DNA of 64,000 nucleotides from Spirochaetia bacterium (lineage in GTDB: Bacteria; Spirochaetota; Spirochaetia; CADAEX01): the NCBI GenBank assembly GCA_963662795.1, contig OY759746.1, forward strand, positions 736,001 to 800,000, written 5' to 3'. The notes below the pieces were generated by a model. The model saw only the letters and a list, made by a program, of their open reading frames with translations, was not told the DNA's origin and made no database searches. The translations under genes and the position numbers were made by a program. How positions within the stretch are numbered: position 1 is the stretch's first letter; each line of letters opens with the position of its first letter. Shown one piece after another: positions 1-10,047 of the stretch.

Positions 1-206
1 TGACTTATAAGGATGGCATCAATATCTCCCGGATCAAAGGCAAGTTTTCTCATGCTTACAAGGACAGTCGCGCCGCAGTCGAGCAGCACACTGCCGCCCG
101 CGGATGCGATATGTATGCAGGATTGATCACGCCCTCCGCTTCCGAAGTTGTCACCGCTCCCGAGGAATGTGACAATAATGTGATTTCCCTCAAGCAGGTT
201 TTCCAT
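1..206 (-). CDS. MBL-fold metallo-hydrolase (RNase Z/BN-like), 5' part only, runs off the window edge
   Basis: Manual translation from ATG at 206: MENLLEGNHIIVTFLGSGDNFGSGGRDQSCIHI...VLLDCGATV...IDAILISH. FLGSG, LLDCG and ISH (start of HxHxDH) are typical MBL motifs. Absent from the ORF track. Confidence 0.8.
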   Translation of the reverse strand, partial: MENLLEGNHIIVTFLGSGDNFGSGGRDQSCIHIASAGGSVLLDCGATVLVSMRKLAFDPGDIDAILIS

Positions 207-327
207 ATTCTGAAGTAAAGGCCTAATATCAGCAGTTTTCATATGATATAATTTCCAGAGTGAACTAAAATAGTATATAATAATGATAATTTCTTTTGTA
301 TGAGTATGCAAGAAGAGGTATAAATCA

Positions 328-798
328 ATGAATATTTTTTTTCATCAAACAATACTTGGAAAAATCGGTATAGTAGAGGAATCAGGGATAATCAAACATC
401 TGCTTTTTGAAAATGATAAAACGATTCCTGACGCTGAAATAAAGGAAACAGAAGTTATAAGGGAAGCTTTCAGGCAGCTTGATGCCTACCTTGCGGGAAA
501 ATTAAGGGTTTTCACTTTACCGCTGGATCCTGACGGGACTGATTATATGAAAAAAATCTGGAAGCTTCTTCAGGAAATTCCTTATGGAGAAACTGCAAGC
601 TACAAGGATATTGCTGCCGCATCAGGCAATGATAAAGCATCAAGGGCAGTCGGCCTTGCAAACAACAGGAACCCTGTCCCCGTTTTTATTCCATGCCACA
701 GGGTGATCGGCAGCAATGGTAAGCTTGTGGGGTATGGCGGAGGACTGGATATCAAAAAAAAGCTGCTTGATATTGAGAAGAATTATACCGGTAAATAA
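328..798 (+). CDS. ogt: methylated-DNA--protein-cysteine S-methyltransferase
   Basis: Active-site IPCHRV, IPYGETASY, RAVG..N..NP. Confidence 0.95.
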   Translation: MNIFFHQTILGKIGIVEESGIIKHLLFENDKTIPDAEIKETEVIREAFRQLDAYLAGKLRVFTLPLDPDGTDYMKKIWKLLQEIPYGETASYKDIAAASGNDKASRAVGLANNRNPVPVFIPCHRVIGSNGKLVGYGGGLDIKKKLLDIEKNYTGK

Positions 799-836
799 AA
801 AGCAGAGGAACTTTCCCATCTGCTTTTTATTTTTTT
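795..836. terminator. probable bidirectional intrinsic terminator
   Basis: ATAAAAAGCAGA...TCTGCTTTTTAT inverted repeat with A/T tails between convergent genes. Confidence 0.75.
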
Positions 837-868
837 ACTTTTTTCTTTTCACAGCCTGAAGTAAAAAA

Positions 869-1585
869 TTACCTCATCACCTGCACCTGCGATACATAGC
901 TCTGTGAAAATCCTTCTATATCCCTGACCCAGTAGAGGAATTTCTCCGCCTCTTCCTTTGCAGGATATGCACCGATCCTTACCCTGAAAAAATTCTTGCC
1001 GTCAACAATCCTGGTCTGAAGGGTTGCGCCAAAACCTTTGGAGGCCAGAAGTTTTCTCGCTTCCTCAGCCTTTGTCTGTGAAGAAAAAGATCCTGCCTGT
1101 ATCCAGTATTCCGTCACTTTCTTCGGAGCAGGAGGTGCAGGTTTCTTCTCTGCTGCCGTTGCCTGTTTTTTGGGTGCAGGAGCTGCGGGGACCGGAGCAG
1201 CTGCTTTTTGAGCAGCGGCAGGTTCTGGTTTTTTAACATTAAGTGTTACTACTGCCGGGTCTTCTTCTTTTACCCCGGGATAAGGGACTTCATCTTTTCC
1301 AAGACCTTCGCCGTAGATAACAACAAAATCCTCATCGCCTTCTGCGGCATCCGGTGTTTCAGTTTCTACAACACCTGGATAATCTTCACTTGATCTTGCC
1401 CATTCCACAGGATCAAAATTACCTGCAGCAGCATCATTTCCGGAGGTTGACAGAGAACTGTCTGAAGATGAAGGTCCGAATACAAAAAGAACAGTTCCAA
1501 GCACTGCAAGGAGCAATACTGCAACCGAAAGGATAATCCATAATATTTTCTGCTGTTCCATATAGGTTTTATTTCCTTGAATCAA
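869..1585 (-). CDS. SPOR-domain membrane protein (FtsN/DedD-like); start may be 1561
   Basis: N-terminal TM helix, Pro/Ala/Lys linker, C-terminal YWIQAGSF...FRVRIG SPOR motif. Confidence 0.85.
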   Translation of the reverse strand: MIQGNKTYMEQQKILWIILSVAVLLLAVLGTVLFVFGPSSSDSSLSTSGNDAAAGNFDPVEWARSSEDYPGVVETETPDAAEGDEDFVVIYGEGLGKDEVPYPGVKEEDPAVVTLNVKKPEPAAAQKAAAPVPAAPAPKKQATAAEKKPAPPAPKKVTEYWIQAGSFSSQTKAEEARKLLASKGFGATLQTRIVDGKNFFRVRIGAYPAKEEAEKFLYWVRDIEGFSQSYVSQVQVMR

Positions 1586-2153
1586 TTATTTTTAAAACCC
1601 TATCCACACTGGAAACAATTTTTTCAATATTTCCAGAGTTGTTTATATTATAAGTATCGACATCTTTTCCGGTTAGATTAGATTTGAGCTTCCTTTGTGT
1701 GATTATTCTATCCAAAACTGCTCCCGGCGGAAGCTGGTCTCTCATAAGTGCCCTTTCAACTCTTTTTAAAAGCGGCGCTTTTACCCATACTACAATGTCA
1801 CACAATTGATGAAGCCCCATCTGGGCAAGAATGGCTGCGTTGATAAGGATATTTTTCCCTTTTTGTTCTTCAATCAGTTTTTTCACCATCTGAGTCATTT
1901 CGGGATGAACAATTTTTTCAAGAAGGTGCTTCATTTCCCTGCTTTTAAAAACAATTTTTCCAACAGCCGCCCTGTTGACTATCCCGTCGCTTATTACTGA
2001 ACTTCCGAATGCTTTTTCAATTTCATCCTTTTTAAGATCAAGGGCAGCATGTCCAAGTTTATCTACTTCAATATGGAAGTAGCCTCTCCTCTCAAACTCT
2101 GCCGCTACAGCATTTTTACCTGAACAATATTTACCGGTTATTCCAACAATCAT
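1569..2153 (-). CDS. coaE: dephospho-CoA kinase
   Basis: IVGITGKYCSGK P-loop, LEKIVHP, RALMRD; directly follows polA. Confidence 0.92.
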   Translation of the reverse strand: MIVGITGKYCSGKNAVAAEFERRGYFHIEVDKLGHAALDLKKDEIEKAFGSSVISDGIVNRAAVGKIVFKSREMKHLLEKIVHPEMTQMVKKLIEEQKGKNILINAAILAQMGLHQLCDIVVWVKAPLLKRVERALMRDQLPPGAVLDRIITQRKLKSNLTGKDVDTYNINNSGNIEKIVSSVDRVLKIIDSRK

Positions 2154-5008
2154 CAGTGCATCTCCCCCCAGCTTTCGCCGGTTTCTATACTAACTCTCAA
2201 AGGAGCCTTTAATTTCATAACAGATTCCATCTCATCCTGTACAAGTGTTTTCATTACATCAACTTCATTCAGGAGAACTTCGAATATAAGCTCATCGTGT
2301 ACCTGCAGAACAAGGCGGGATTTAAGTTTTTCCTTTTCCATCCTTGAATTAATACTTATCATGGCAAGCTTAACAATGTCTGCGGCAGAACCCTGTATCG
2401 GAGTGTTGACAGCAATCCTTTCCGCCCCGTTTTTTACATTTTTATTACTGCTGTTTATTCCGTCAATATACCGCTCCCTGCCGAGTATTGTTTTTACAAA
2501 TCCGCTTTCTTCTGCGAATTTCACAGTTGAATCGATAAAATGCCTGATTGAGCTGTAACGGTTGAAATATGATGAAATAAACTCATCTGCCCTGCTTCTG
2601 GGTATCTGAAGTTCCCTTGCAAGGCGGAAGCCGCTCATGCCGTACATTACACCGAAGTTTATCGTTTTTGCAATCCTTCTCTGTTCAGGCGTCACTTCTT
2701 CCTTTGCAATGCCGAAAATAAGGGAAGCAGTAAGAGTGTGTACATCAATTTTCTCCCTGAAAGCCCTCTGAAGCTCAGGATCTTCTGAAAGATGGGCAAG
2801 GACAACAAGTTCTATCTGGGAATAGTCGGCACTCATAAAAACACGGCCGGCTGAAGGAATAAAAGCCTTTCTTATCTTTCTCCCCTCTTCATCCTTTATT
2901 GGAATGTTCTGCAAATTCGGATTTATACTTGAAAGCCTTCCTGTCGCAGTCCCTGTCTGCCTGTAGGTTGTATGGATCTTTGATGTTGAAGGTTCTGCAA
3001 TGAGGGGAAGGGCATCCACATATGTTGATTTAAGTTTTGAGAGGGCCCTGTATTTAAGAACCAGAGCAGGGACCGGGTCTTCCCTTGAAAGCTCCTCCAG
3101 CACAGAATTATCAGTTGAATATCCTGTTTTAGTCTTTTTGCCGGGTTTTAACTGACGGTCGGTAAATAACACCTCCTGCAGCTGCTTTGTTGAGCTTACG
3201 TTAAAAACCTTACCGCACAGAATGTGGATCTCGCTTTCAAGAGCTCCTATCGAAACGCCAAGTTCCCTGCCGTAAGCCTCAAGAACATCCCTGCGGATTC
3301 GCACCCCTTCAAGTTCCATATCAGAAAGGATTGTGACAAGCGGCATCTCAACATCAAAAAAAAGTTTTTCCATTTTGCGCTTTTCAATCTGCCTGCTGAA
3401 AACTGAGTAGAGCCTGTATGTAATATCTGCATCCTCGGCAGCATACTCCGATGCCTTTTCAAGCGGAATCAGATCAAAAGTACTGCCTTCAGGTACCACA
3501 TCCCTGAAATGGATTGTATTGTATTCAAGATAATACTCGGCAAGATAATCCATTCCGTTAGAGGTAAGGCGGCTGTTAAGCAGCCAGGATGCGATCATTG
3601 TATCAAACCAGATATTTAACGGTTTTATTCCCCATTTACGAAGCACCTTGTAGTCGAATTTTATATTCTGCCCGACGAGTTTAAGGTTTTTATCCTCAAG
3701 TACTGTTCTTAGCCGGTTCTTTACAATTGTTTCAGGAAGGATTTCTTTCCCTTCAACTTTCAGCGGAATATAAAAACCGCTGCCGGATTCAACAGATATT
3801 GAAAAACCTACAGGGTTTGCGTTGATTGTATCAAGACCGTCAGTTTCAATGTCAAATGAAAATATTTTTGCTTTTTTTACCTTTTCAATAAGGCTGTCAA
3901 GCATATGAATATCTGTAACTGCTGTATAAGATCCTTTTCCCTTAAGTACTGCCGCTTCATCCGCGCTAAAATAATCAGAAAGGGAAAAGGCTCCTGACTG
4001 TTCAGGAGCCTGTGCAGCCGAAACCGGAGGATGGTCTGAAGGGTTCCCCCCGATTCCCGTTTTTAAATCCTCATCCGCAGCTTTACCCGGCTCAACTTCG
4101 GTTTTTCCTGTGGCGGGACCCTCTCCTTTATCGCCTGATCCTGTTTTTTGAGTAATCCACGATACAAGACTTTTAGCATTTTCAATTTCAAACAAGGGGA
4201 CGGCGCCTGTAAAATCAAGTGCATCAAGCGCAACATCATCGGGAAGTGCATCAAGGGCAACATCATCGCGCAGTGCGACAAGTTCGCGGCTCAGCATACA
4301 GCTCTCCCTTCCTTCTTCCAGTTTTGTTTTTACACTGCCCTTTATTTCTTCAATATTGCTGTAAATCCCTTCAATACTGTCGTATTTCAGAAGCAGTGAA
4401 GCGGCATTTTTGGGGCCTATCCCCTTCACCCCGGGGATGTTGTCGGCGGAGTCGCCTGTAAGGGAGAGGTAATCCTTTATCTGATGGGGATATACTCCGT
4501 AGTGGGTAAATACTTCATCGCGCCCAAGCTCCTCGTACCCGTTTTTTTCAGGCCGCAGCACTTTTGTATATTCACCGACAAGCTGCATAAGATCCTTGTC
4601 GCCTGTAATAATCCTGCAGTTCTTTTTTTCTTCGCTGCAAATCCTGGAAAAAGTGGCGATAAGGTCATCTGCCTCAAATCCGTTGAATCTGATTATTTTT
4701 ATTCCGATTGTTTCAAGAATCTTTTCAATTCTCGGAATCTGATCATGAAGATCTTCGGGCGTCTTGTCCCTTGTTGCCTTGTATTCGCTGTATTTCTCGT
4801 GTCTGAATGTCGGGCCGATGGAATCCATCGCGACAGCAAAATGGTGAGGATTATATCTGTCGAAAAAGCTGAAAAGTGTCCTGAAAAAACCGAATAATGC
4901 TGAAGTATTTTCGTTGTTTTTATTATATAGAGGAGCACGGAGAAAAGCAAAATAGGATCTGTAGATAAGGCTGTATCCGTCAAGGATATAAAAAGAGGAA
5001 TCTTTCAT
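2153..5008 (-). CDS. polA: DNA polymerase I (5'-3' exo, intact 3'-5' exo, polymerase)
   Basis: LDGYSLIYRSY; Exo motifs FDIET, GQNIKFD, YAAEDAD; ADYSQIEL, AKTINFG, LQVHDEL. Confidence 0.98.
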   Translation of the reverse strand: MKDSSFYILDGYSLIYRSYFAFLRAPLYNKNNENTSALFGFFRTLFSFFDRYNPHHFAVAMDSIGPTFRHEKYSEYKATRDKTPEDLHDQIPRIEKILETIGIKIIRFNGFEADDLIATFSRICSEEKKNCRIITGDKDLMQLVGEYTKVLRPEKNGYEELGRDEVFTHYGVYPHQIKDYLSLTGDSADNIPGVKGIGPKNAASLLLKYDSIEGIYSNIEEIKGSVKTKLEEGRESCMLSRELVALRDDVALDALPDDVALDALDFTGAVPLFEIENAKSLVSWITQKTGSGDKGEGPATGKTEVEPGKAADEDLKTGIGGNPSDHPPVSAAQAPEQSGAFSLSDYFSADEAAVLKGKGSYTAVTDIHMLDSLIEKVKKAKIFSFDIETDGLDTINANPVGFSISVESGSGFYIPLKVEGKEILPETIVKNRLRTVLEDKNLKLVGQNIKFDYKVLRKWGIKPLNIWFDTMIASWLLNSRLTSNGMDYLAEYYLEYNTIHFRDVVPEGSTFDLIPLEKASEYAAEDADITYRLYSVFSRQIEKRKMEKLFFDVEMPLVTILSDMELEGVRIRRDVLEAYGRELGVSIGALESEIHILCGKVFNVSSTKQLQEVLFTDRQLKPGKKTKTGYSTDNSVLEELSREDPVPALVLKYRALSKLKSTYVDALPLIAEPSTSKIHTTYRQTGTATGRLSSINPNLQNIPIKDEEGRKIRKAFIPSAGRVFMSADYSQIELVVLAHLSEDPELQRAFREKIDVHTLTASLIFGIAKEEVTPEQRRIAKTINFGVMYGMSGFRLARELQIPRSRADEFISSYFNRYSSIRHFIDSTVKFAEESGFVKTILGRERYIDGINSSNKNVKNGAERIAVNTPIQGSAADIVKLAMISINSRMEKEKLKSRLVLQVHDELIFEVLLNEVDVMKTLVQDEMESVMKLKAPLRVSIETGESWGEMH

Positions 5009-5499
5009 ACAGATATATCTATCATTTCAGACGATTGTATAAAAGATATTTCCCCTCCGGTTCGTGTAATTTTAGATATTTTTGCCATTCCTGTAAGACG
5101 GCTGCTGTATTTTTCCATCTGTTTTTTCAATCTTTTCATAAGATTATCTACAGACTCAAGGTAAGAGCCGTTCACTTTCGCAATTTTAACTTCAAATTCG
5201 TCAACCTGCCGGAGAAAATCGGCGCACCCGGCATCATCAGCGCAGGCCTTTCTGATATCAGCAGTCAAAGCTGATGCGCTCTTGTGGTAAAGGTAAGCTT
5301 CATGCACTATTTCAGCTGAATGTTTTATCTGGAGTGAGAGTTTTTCTGCATTTTCATCTGACAGCGACGCCCACTGATGCTGAACCGCCTTGCCTGATAT
5401 CAAAAGACACTCAAGTGTTCTTGCAAGATATCTTAAAACAGTTTCTTCAGCTTTTCCGGATACCCTTCCGGGATATCCGCCGGAATCAATATCAGACAA
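5005..5499 (-). CDS. hypothetical helical protein between fliS and polA (FlgN/FliT-like chaperone possible)
   Basis: 164-aa ORF, stop overlaps the polA start, ends in a MIDISV tail. Confidence 0.6.
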   Translation of the reverse strand: MSDIDSGGYPGRVSGKAEETVLRYLARTLECLLISGKAVQHQWASLSDENAEKLSLQIKHSAEIVHEAYLYHKSASALTADIRKACADDAGCADFLRQVDEFEVKIAKVNGSYLESVDNLMKRLKKQMEKYSSRLTGMAKISKITRTGGEISFIQSSEMIDISV

Positions 5500-5503
5500 T
5501 CTG

Positions 5504-5920
5504 CTACCCCGCGATATCTATTCCCATACTGCCGCCGCTTGAAGCATTATCCCGGGTATTTTCAATCTGTTTCCATGCTGACCTGAGTTCGAACAGCATA
5601 TTTCTCACCGGTTTAATGGGCTGGGAATCCTTATCAAGATTTGCAGCCATGAGCTGCTGGTTAAAATAGACATAGAGGCTGAAAAGATTGCTGGCTATAT
5701 CTTTCCCTTTATCAAAATCAAGAGAAGCAGACAATTCAGTAATTATCTCCTGGGCGCGGATAATCGCGCTGTTTACCCTGTCGTATTTTTTTGTTCCTGA
5801 ATCAAGATTGCTTATCGCCCTGTCTATCTGCTTTATTGCCTCATCATAAAGCAGTACAATAAGCTTACCCTGTCCTGCAGTTTTAATTGAAGTTTCACGA
5901 TACATATTTAAAGGATTCAT
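5504..5920 (-). CDS. fliS: flagellar export chaperone FliS
   Basis: YRETSIKTA..GKLIVLLYD, AQEIITEL...LD, NLFSLYVY, ELRSAW. Confidence 0.95.
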   Translation of the reverse strand: MNPLNMYRETSIKTAGQGKLIVLLYDEAIKQIDRAISNLDSGTKKYDRVNSAIIRAQEIITELSASLDFDKGKDIASNLFSLYVYFNQQLMAANLDKDSQPIKPVRNMLFELRSAWKQIENTRDNASSGGSMGIDIAG

Positions 5921-5976
5921 AAAAAAACTTACCCCTCTTGTTTATATTTATTTTAAAAATAAATCCCGTTAAAATT

Positions 5977-8322
5977 TTATTTTGCCAGATTTATCTGGGC
6001 AGTTACCGGTACTATCTCATAACCCGAAGCTATCAGATCATTTATAAGAACCTCAATACACTGGAAAAGATAATCCGCCCTTCCGTTTTCAGGCTTTCCG
6101 ATTGTAATCGGAATAATCGAGCCTGGTTTTTTATCAGCAGATATGGATTCAAGAAGCTGAGATGCCGGTTTGTAAAACTGACCGGTTCCATAGCTGGTAT
6201 CCCTGTCAGATTTTGAATCAAGCGATATAATATCCCTTCCAATATAAGTATAATTCATCTTTCCGGCAGCCTCAATCATCATTGAATTGACAAAATAATT
6301 TGGAGCGTGCCAGAAAAGTGATAATTCACGTCCTGTAGTCCTGAAATACTCATCCTCATTGCGCGCAAGACCTTTTACTATAAAATCACTGTCTATTCCA
6401 TACCTTGAATCGGTTAAATCAAAGTAATAGTAAAAAAGGGATCCTGTCTCATGTCCCGAATCAGCTATTTCACTCACACCTCCCGGATGTCTCTTTATGA
6501 AATCTCCGCTGACAAAAAAGGTAGCCTTAATTCCGTAATCAGAGAGAACATTGAGGATTTCCGTAAGACCGCTGTCATCCTTTACCGCGTTAAAAACAAG
6601 GGAAATATATCTGCCGCGGGTGCGTGACCCGTGTTTGAAATTTTTGGTATCTACCGGTTCCTCCGTTTTGGGAATGGGATCATAGTTTATTGAAGGCAGC
6701 GGAAAAAGCGCTTCAGTTTTATAGCCCTTGATATCCCTTAAATATACAATATTTTTATAGCTCCCGCCGGGATAGTTTTCCAGATAGAGACGGTATAAAT
6801 CAGAATCATTTACTGCTTCGGAAAATGTTACAGGAGAAGTACCGCTCCATCCGCCGCTTCCGTCCCACCTGAAATAATTCCCGTCCGTCCTGCATATAAT
6901 CGATCTGGAAGGAGCCTGATATCCGAAAGCTTCCGCCTGGGATACGGTAATAAGATCTTTTTCCCCTGTCCTTGTTTTTCTCATTTCTGAAACATTTTTA
7001 CCAAAGATTGCAATATCTTCATTATTAAGCCAGATTACATGCATCGGCGTGTTAAAATCATATTCGCGGAAGGTCACCCAGCTCTGATGCCATTTTATGC
7101 TTACGCCGCTTTCCCTTATCAGGGCAATCTTGCTGCCGTCCGCAGAGAGGGCCATTCCAAAAACACCGGTCTCATCAAGTCTTATAAAATCCGGTTCTCC
7201 CCCTGCACTGTCTGTCAAAAGACGGAAAATTGCCGTCTCTTTTTTCCCTTTTATTATTGTTGATGTCAGCACGGTAACAATACCGTCCTCTCCCCAGACC
7301 AGTTCCTTTATCATGGTATTGCGCGGAAGGAAAATATGGGGAAGAGATTTGACATCCTTCAGGCTGAAAAAAACATCCTTATCAAGGCGGTAATAGAAAA
7401 GGTTTCTCCCCCCCTTGCTGATTATAATTTCCGAACCTCCCGGAGATATCCAGTAATTGTCAAAATTGGGATCATAGATAAATGGAATCTTGCCAAGCGC
7501 TTCGCCGGTGTCGATATATTCACTGTAAAGGGAAGTTGTAAAGATTTCAGAGCTTCTTATCTTGAAAACAAAAGAATCTTTCAGGAAAAACAGGTTGTTT
7601 CCCGACCATACAGCGTTGTTGATTCTTCCGCTGCCGGTTTTTCTGAAATTCTCGGCAACAGAACTGCCTGGAGAAGAAGGGTCAACTGTATGATAATAAA
7701 GAGTCCCGCTTTTCTCATAAATAAGTATTTTAGAATCGCCCGACCATTTGACTTTCGGTTTTCCGTAGCAGTACTCCACATTGGAAGAGATTATTGTCTC
7801 CTTGTTTTTAATCAGGTCAAGAAGAACAAGGTTCCCGTACCCGGGGGAGGTTTTTACCATATAGACAAGCCAGCCGCCGTCGGGAGATGCGTCAGTCCCT
7901 GAAATCTTTCCTGTCTGCACCTGGCTTCCGTTGACAAATGCGGGGAACTCAAGAACAGGCTGGAATCTTTTAAGCGTGGTATCGCTTCTGAAAACACCGA
8001 ATCTGTTGCTGATCTGGATAATCCCTTTTTCAGAAAGGTAAAGCACATTTTCAGGAAAAAACGTAAGCTGCTGCATAATCTTTGTATCAAGTTCAGCCTG
8101 AAATACAGTATTATAGCTGCTTATCCGGGTTTCCCCCGGCAGGTCCACATCAGCAGTGAAAAATGCTTCTTTCGGGGAATAAAGATTTATTCCTCCAAAA
8201 CGTACCTCTGCGTGCAGTGAAAACAAGGGCAAAAATAACAGGGCCACCAGAACAGAATGGCATAAAAAATTCTTTCTTTTCATAGATATAAGATTTTCGG
8301 CAAAAATCAAGCTTTTATTCAT
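5977..8322 (-). CDS. exported polysaccharide deacetylase family protein with N-terminal beta-propeller-like region; start probably 8283
   Basis: Signal peptide; SPDG/WSGD propeller-like repeats; C-terminal NodB-like KATFFVSG, GHETG, WHAPNY, GYEIVPV. Confidence 0.75.
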   Translation of the reverse strand: MNKSLIFAENLISMKRKNFLCHSVLVALLFLPLFSLHAEVRFGGINLYSPKEAFFTADVDLPGETRISSYNTVFQAELDTKIMQQLTFFPENVLYLSEKGIIQISNRFGVFRSDTTLKRFQPVLEFPAFVNGSQVQTGKISGTDASPDGGWLVYMVKTSPGYGNLVLLDLIKNKETIISSNVEYCYGKPKVKWSGDSKILIYEKSGTLYYHTVDPSSPGSSVAENFRKTGSGRINNAVWSGNNLFFLKDSFVFKIRSSEIFTTSLYSEYIDTGEALGKIPFIYDPNFDNYWISPGGSEIIISKGGRNLFYYRLDKDVFFSLKDVKSLPHIFLPRNTMIKELVWGEDGIVTVLTSTIIKGKKETAIFRLLTDSAGGEPDFIRLDETGVFGMALSADGSKIALIRESGVSIKWHQSWVTFREYDFNTPMHVIWLNNEDIAIFGKNVSEMRKTRTGEKDLITVSQAEAFGYQAPSRSIICRTDGNYFRWDGSGGWSGTSPVTFSEAVNDSDLYRLYLENYPGGSYKNIVYLRDIKGYKTEALFPLPSINYDPIPKTEEPVDTKNFKHGSRTRGRYISLVFNAVKDDSGLTEILNVLSDYGIKATFFVSGDFIKRHPGGVSEIADSGHETGSLFYYYFDLTDSRYGIDSDFIVKGLARNEDEYFRTTGRELSLFWHAPNYFVNSMMIEAAGKMNYTYIGRDIISLDSKSDRDTSYGTGQFYKPASQLLESISADKKPGSIIPITIGKPENGRADYLFQCIEVLINDLIASGYEIVPVTAQINLAK

Positions 8323-8571
8323 GAAAAATTTATCCTGAATTACTGAGATTTACAGCAATTACCGCCAATTACTGTAAATCATCATGGCTTATCGCGCTTT
8401 AGACTGCCTTATGCCGAAATCCAAAGTTCTTTTCATGAATAGAATCAGCTTTGCCCCTGTATTCAATGAAATAACAAAATATCAATAATACCCTATATTG
8501 ATATCAAGGCCGTTTCTTTGCTATTATAAAAACCGTTAATCATCTTTGTGATTATAATAAAAGGAGAAATA

Positions 8572-9396
8572 ATGAAAACAGCAATCAGAAAGTACTTTGT
8601 CATCATTATGGCAATCGCGGTACTTTTCAGTGCAGCTTCAATACTTGCGGGATGCAAAAAAGAAGCAAAATCAGCAGATACCTCTCTTGAGGATGTCAAG
8701 GCAAAAGGATTTTTTATACTTGGACTTGACGACAGCTTCCCCCCTATGGGATTCAGGGATGAGGCCGGCAACATAACAGGGTTTGATATCGACATGGCAA
8801 AAGCTGCCGCAAAGAAGATGGGTGTTGAGCTCAAAATCCAGCCTGTGGACTGGGACGGAGTAATACTGAGCCTTGATAAAGGCGATATAGACCTTATCTG
8901 GAACGGTATGACAATTACGGAGGAAAGAAAGGCAAAAATTATATTCTCTAAACCCTATCTTGCAAACACCCAGGCTATAGCTGTTCTTTCAGGTTCAGCG
9001 ATTGCTTCAAAAGCAGATCTTGCAGGCAAGGCAGTCGGCGTTCAGCTTGGAAGCCCGAGCGAAGACGCGATAGCAGCCGATACTGAGGTCGGCGGAAAAA
9101 CCGGGGAAATAAGAAAATACGGCAAATATCCTGAAGCGCTTCTTGATCTTTCAGCAGGAAGAATCGATGCGGTAGTAGGGGATGCAATACTGATAAGATA
9201 CTATCTTTCGAAAAAACCCGGGGAATACAAGGTTCTTGCAGATCACTTCGGAGCGGAAGAATACGGAATCGGTTTCAGAAAAGCTGACAGCAGTTTCAGG
9301 GATGCAATAGACGCAGCCATTGACGAGATGAGAAAAGACGGAACAGCAGCAGAGATTTCAAAAACATGGTTCGGTGAAAACATAGTCCTGCAATAG
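8572..9396 (+). CDS. polar amino-acid ABC transporter substrate-binding lipoprotein
   Basis: RBS AGGAG, lipobox LAGC, GLDDSFPPMGF, GFDID, EEYGIGFRK. Confidence 0.93.
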   Translation: MKTAIRKYFVIIMAIAVLFSAASILAGCKKEAKSADTSLEDVKAKGFFILGLDDSFPPMGFRDEAGNITGFDIDMAKAAAKKMGVELKIQPVDWDGVILSLDKGDIDLIWNGMTITEERKAKIIFSKPYLANTQAIAVLSGSAIASKADLAGKAVGVQLGSPSEDAIAADTEVGGKTGEIRKYGKYPEALLDLSAGRIDAVVGDAILIRYYLSKKPGEYKVLADHFGAEEYGIGFRKADSSFRDAIDAAIDEMRKDGTAAEISKTWFGENIVLQ

Positions 9397-9399
9397 GCT

Positions 9400-10047
9400 G
9401 TGATGATAGATTATATTATTGCTACAACAGGCTACATCCTTAAAGGGTGCGGCCTGACTTTAAGCCTTTTTGCAGTAACAGCCCTCGGCTCGGTACCGCT
9501 CGCGATACTTTTCGCGCTCGGCCGGGTATCGGGGCCTAAATACCTGGACAGGACTTTAGGGGTTTATGCCTGGGTGTTCAGGGGAACTCCCCTGCTTCTG
9601 CAGCTTTTCTTTATCTACTACGGGCTTTCGATTTTCGGAATCTCCCTGAAACCTTTTACGGCCGCTTCCCTTACCTTTGTAATAAACTATGCAGCATACC
9701 TCATGGAGATATTCCGCTCAGGAATACAGTCGATAGACAGGGGGCAGTATGAAGCGGCAAAAGCCCTCAACATGACATATACCCAGACGATGAGAAGGAT
9801 AATCCTGCCTCAGGCTTTAAAAAGGACAATACCGCCCTGCTGCAACGAGTCAATAACGCTTGTCAAGGATACCGCCCTTGTAATTGTAATAGGAATGGGG
9901 GATCTTTTGCGTTCGGCCAAAGAAGTATTTACCCGGGACTTCAGGATAACACCTTTTGTAATAGCTGCGATAATCTACCTGATAATGACCAGCGGCGTGA
10001 TTGCGGTATTCAGAAAAATTGAAGACAGGCTGGGGGTTTATGAATGA
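9400..10047 (+). CDS. amino-acid ABC transporter permease
   Basis: FRGTPLLLQL, EIFRSGI..IDRGQYEAA motif. Confidence 0.94.
   Translation: MMIDYIIATTGYILKGCGLTLSLFAVTALGSVPLAILFALGRVSGPKYLDRTLGVYAWVFRGTPLLLQLFFIYYGLSIFGISLKPFTAASLTFVINYAAYLMEIFRSGIQSIDRGQYEAAKALNMTYTQTMRRIILPQALKRTIPPCCNESITLVKDTALVIVIGMGDLLRSAKEVFTRDFRITPFVIAAIIYLIMTSGVIAVFRKIEDRLGVYE

Noticed and set aside
869-5920. fliS linked to polA-coaE as a novelty
   Set aside because: As recalled, this gene order is already known in spirochaetes such as Borrelia
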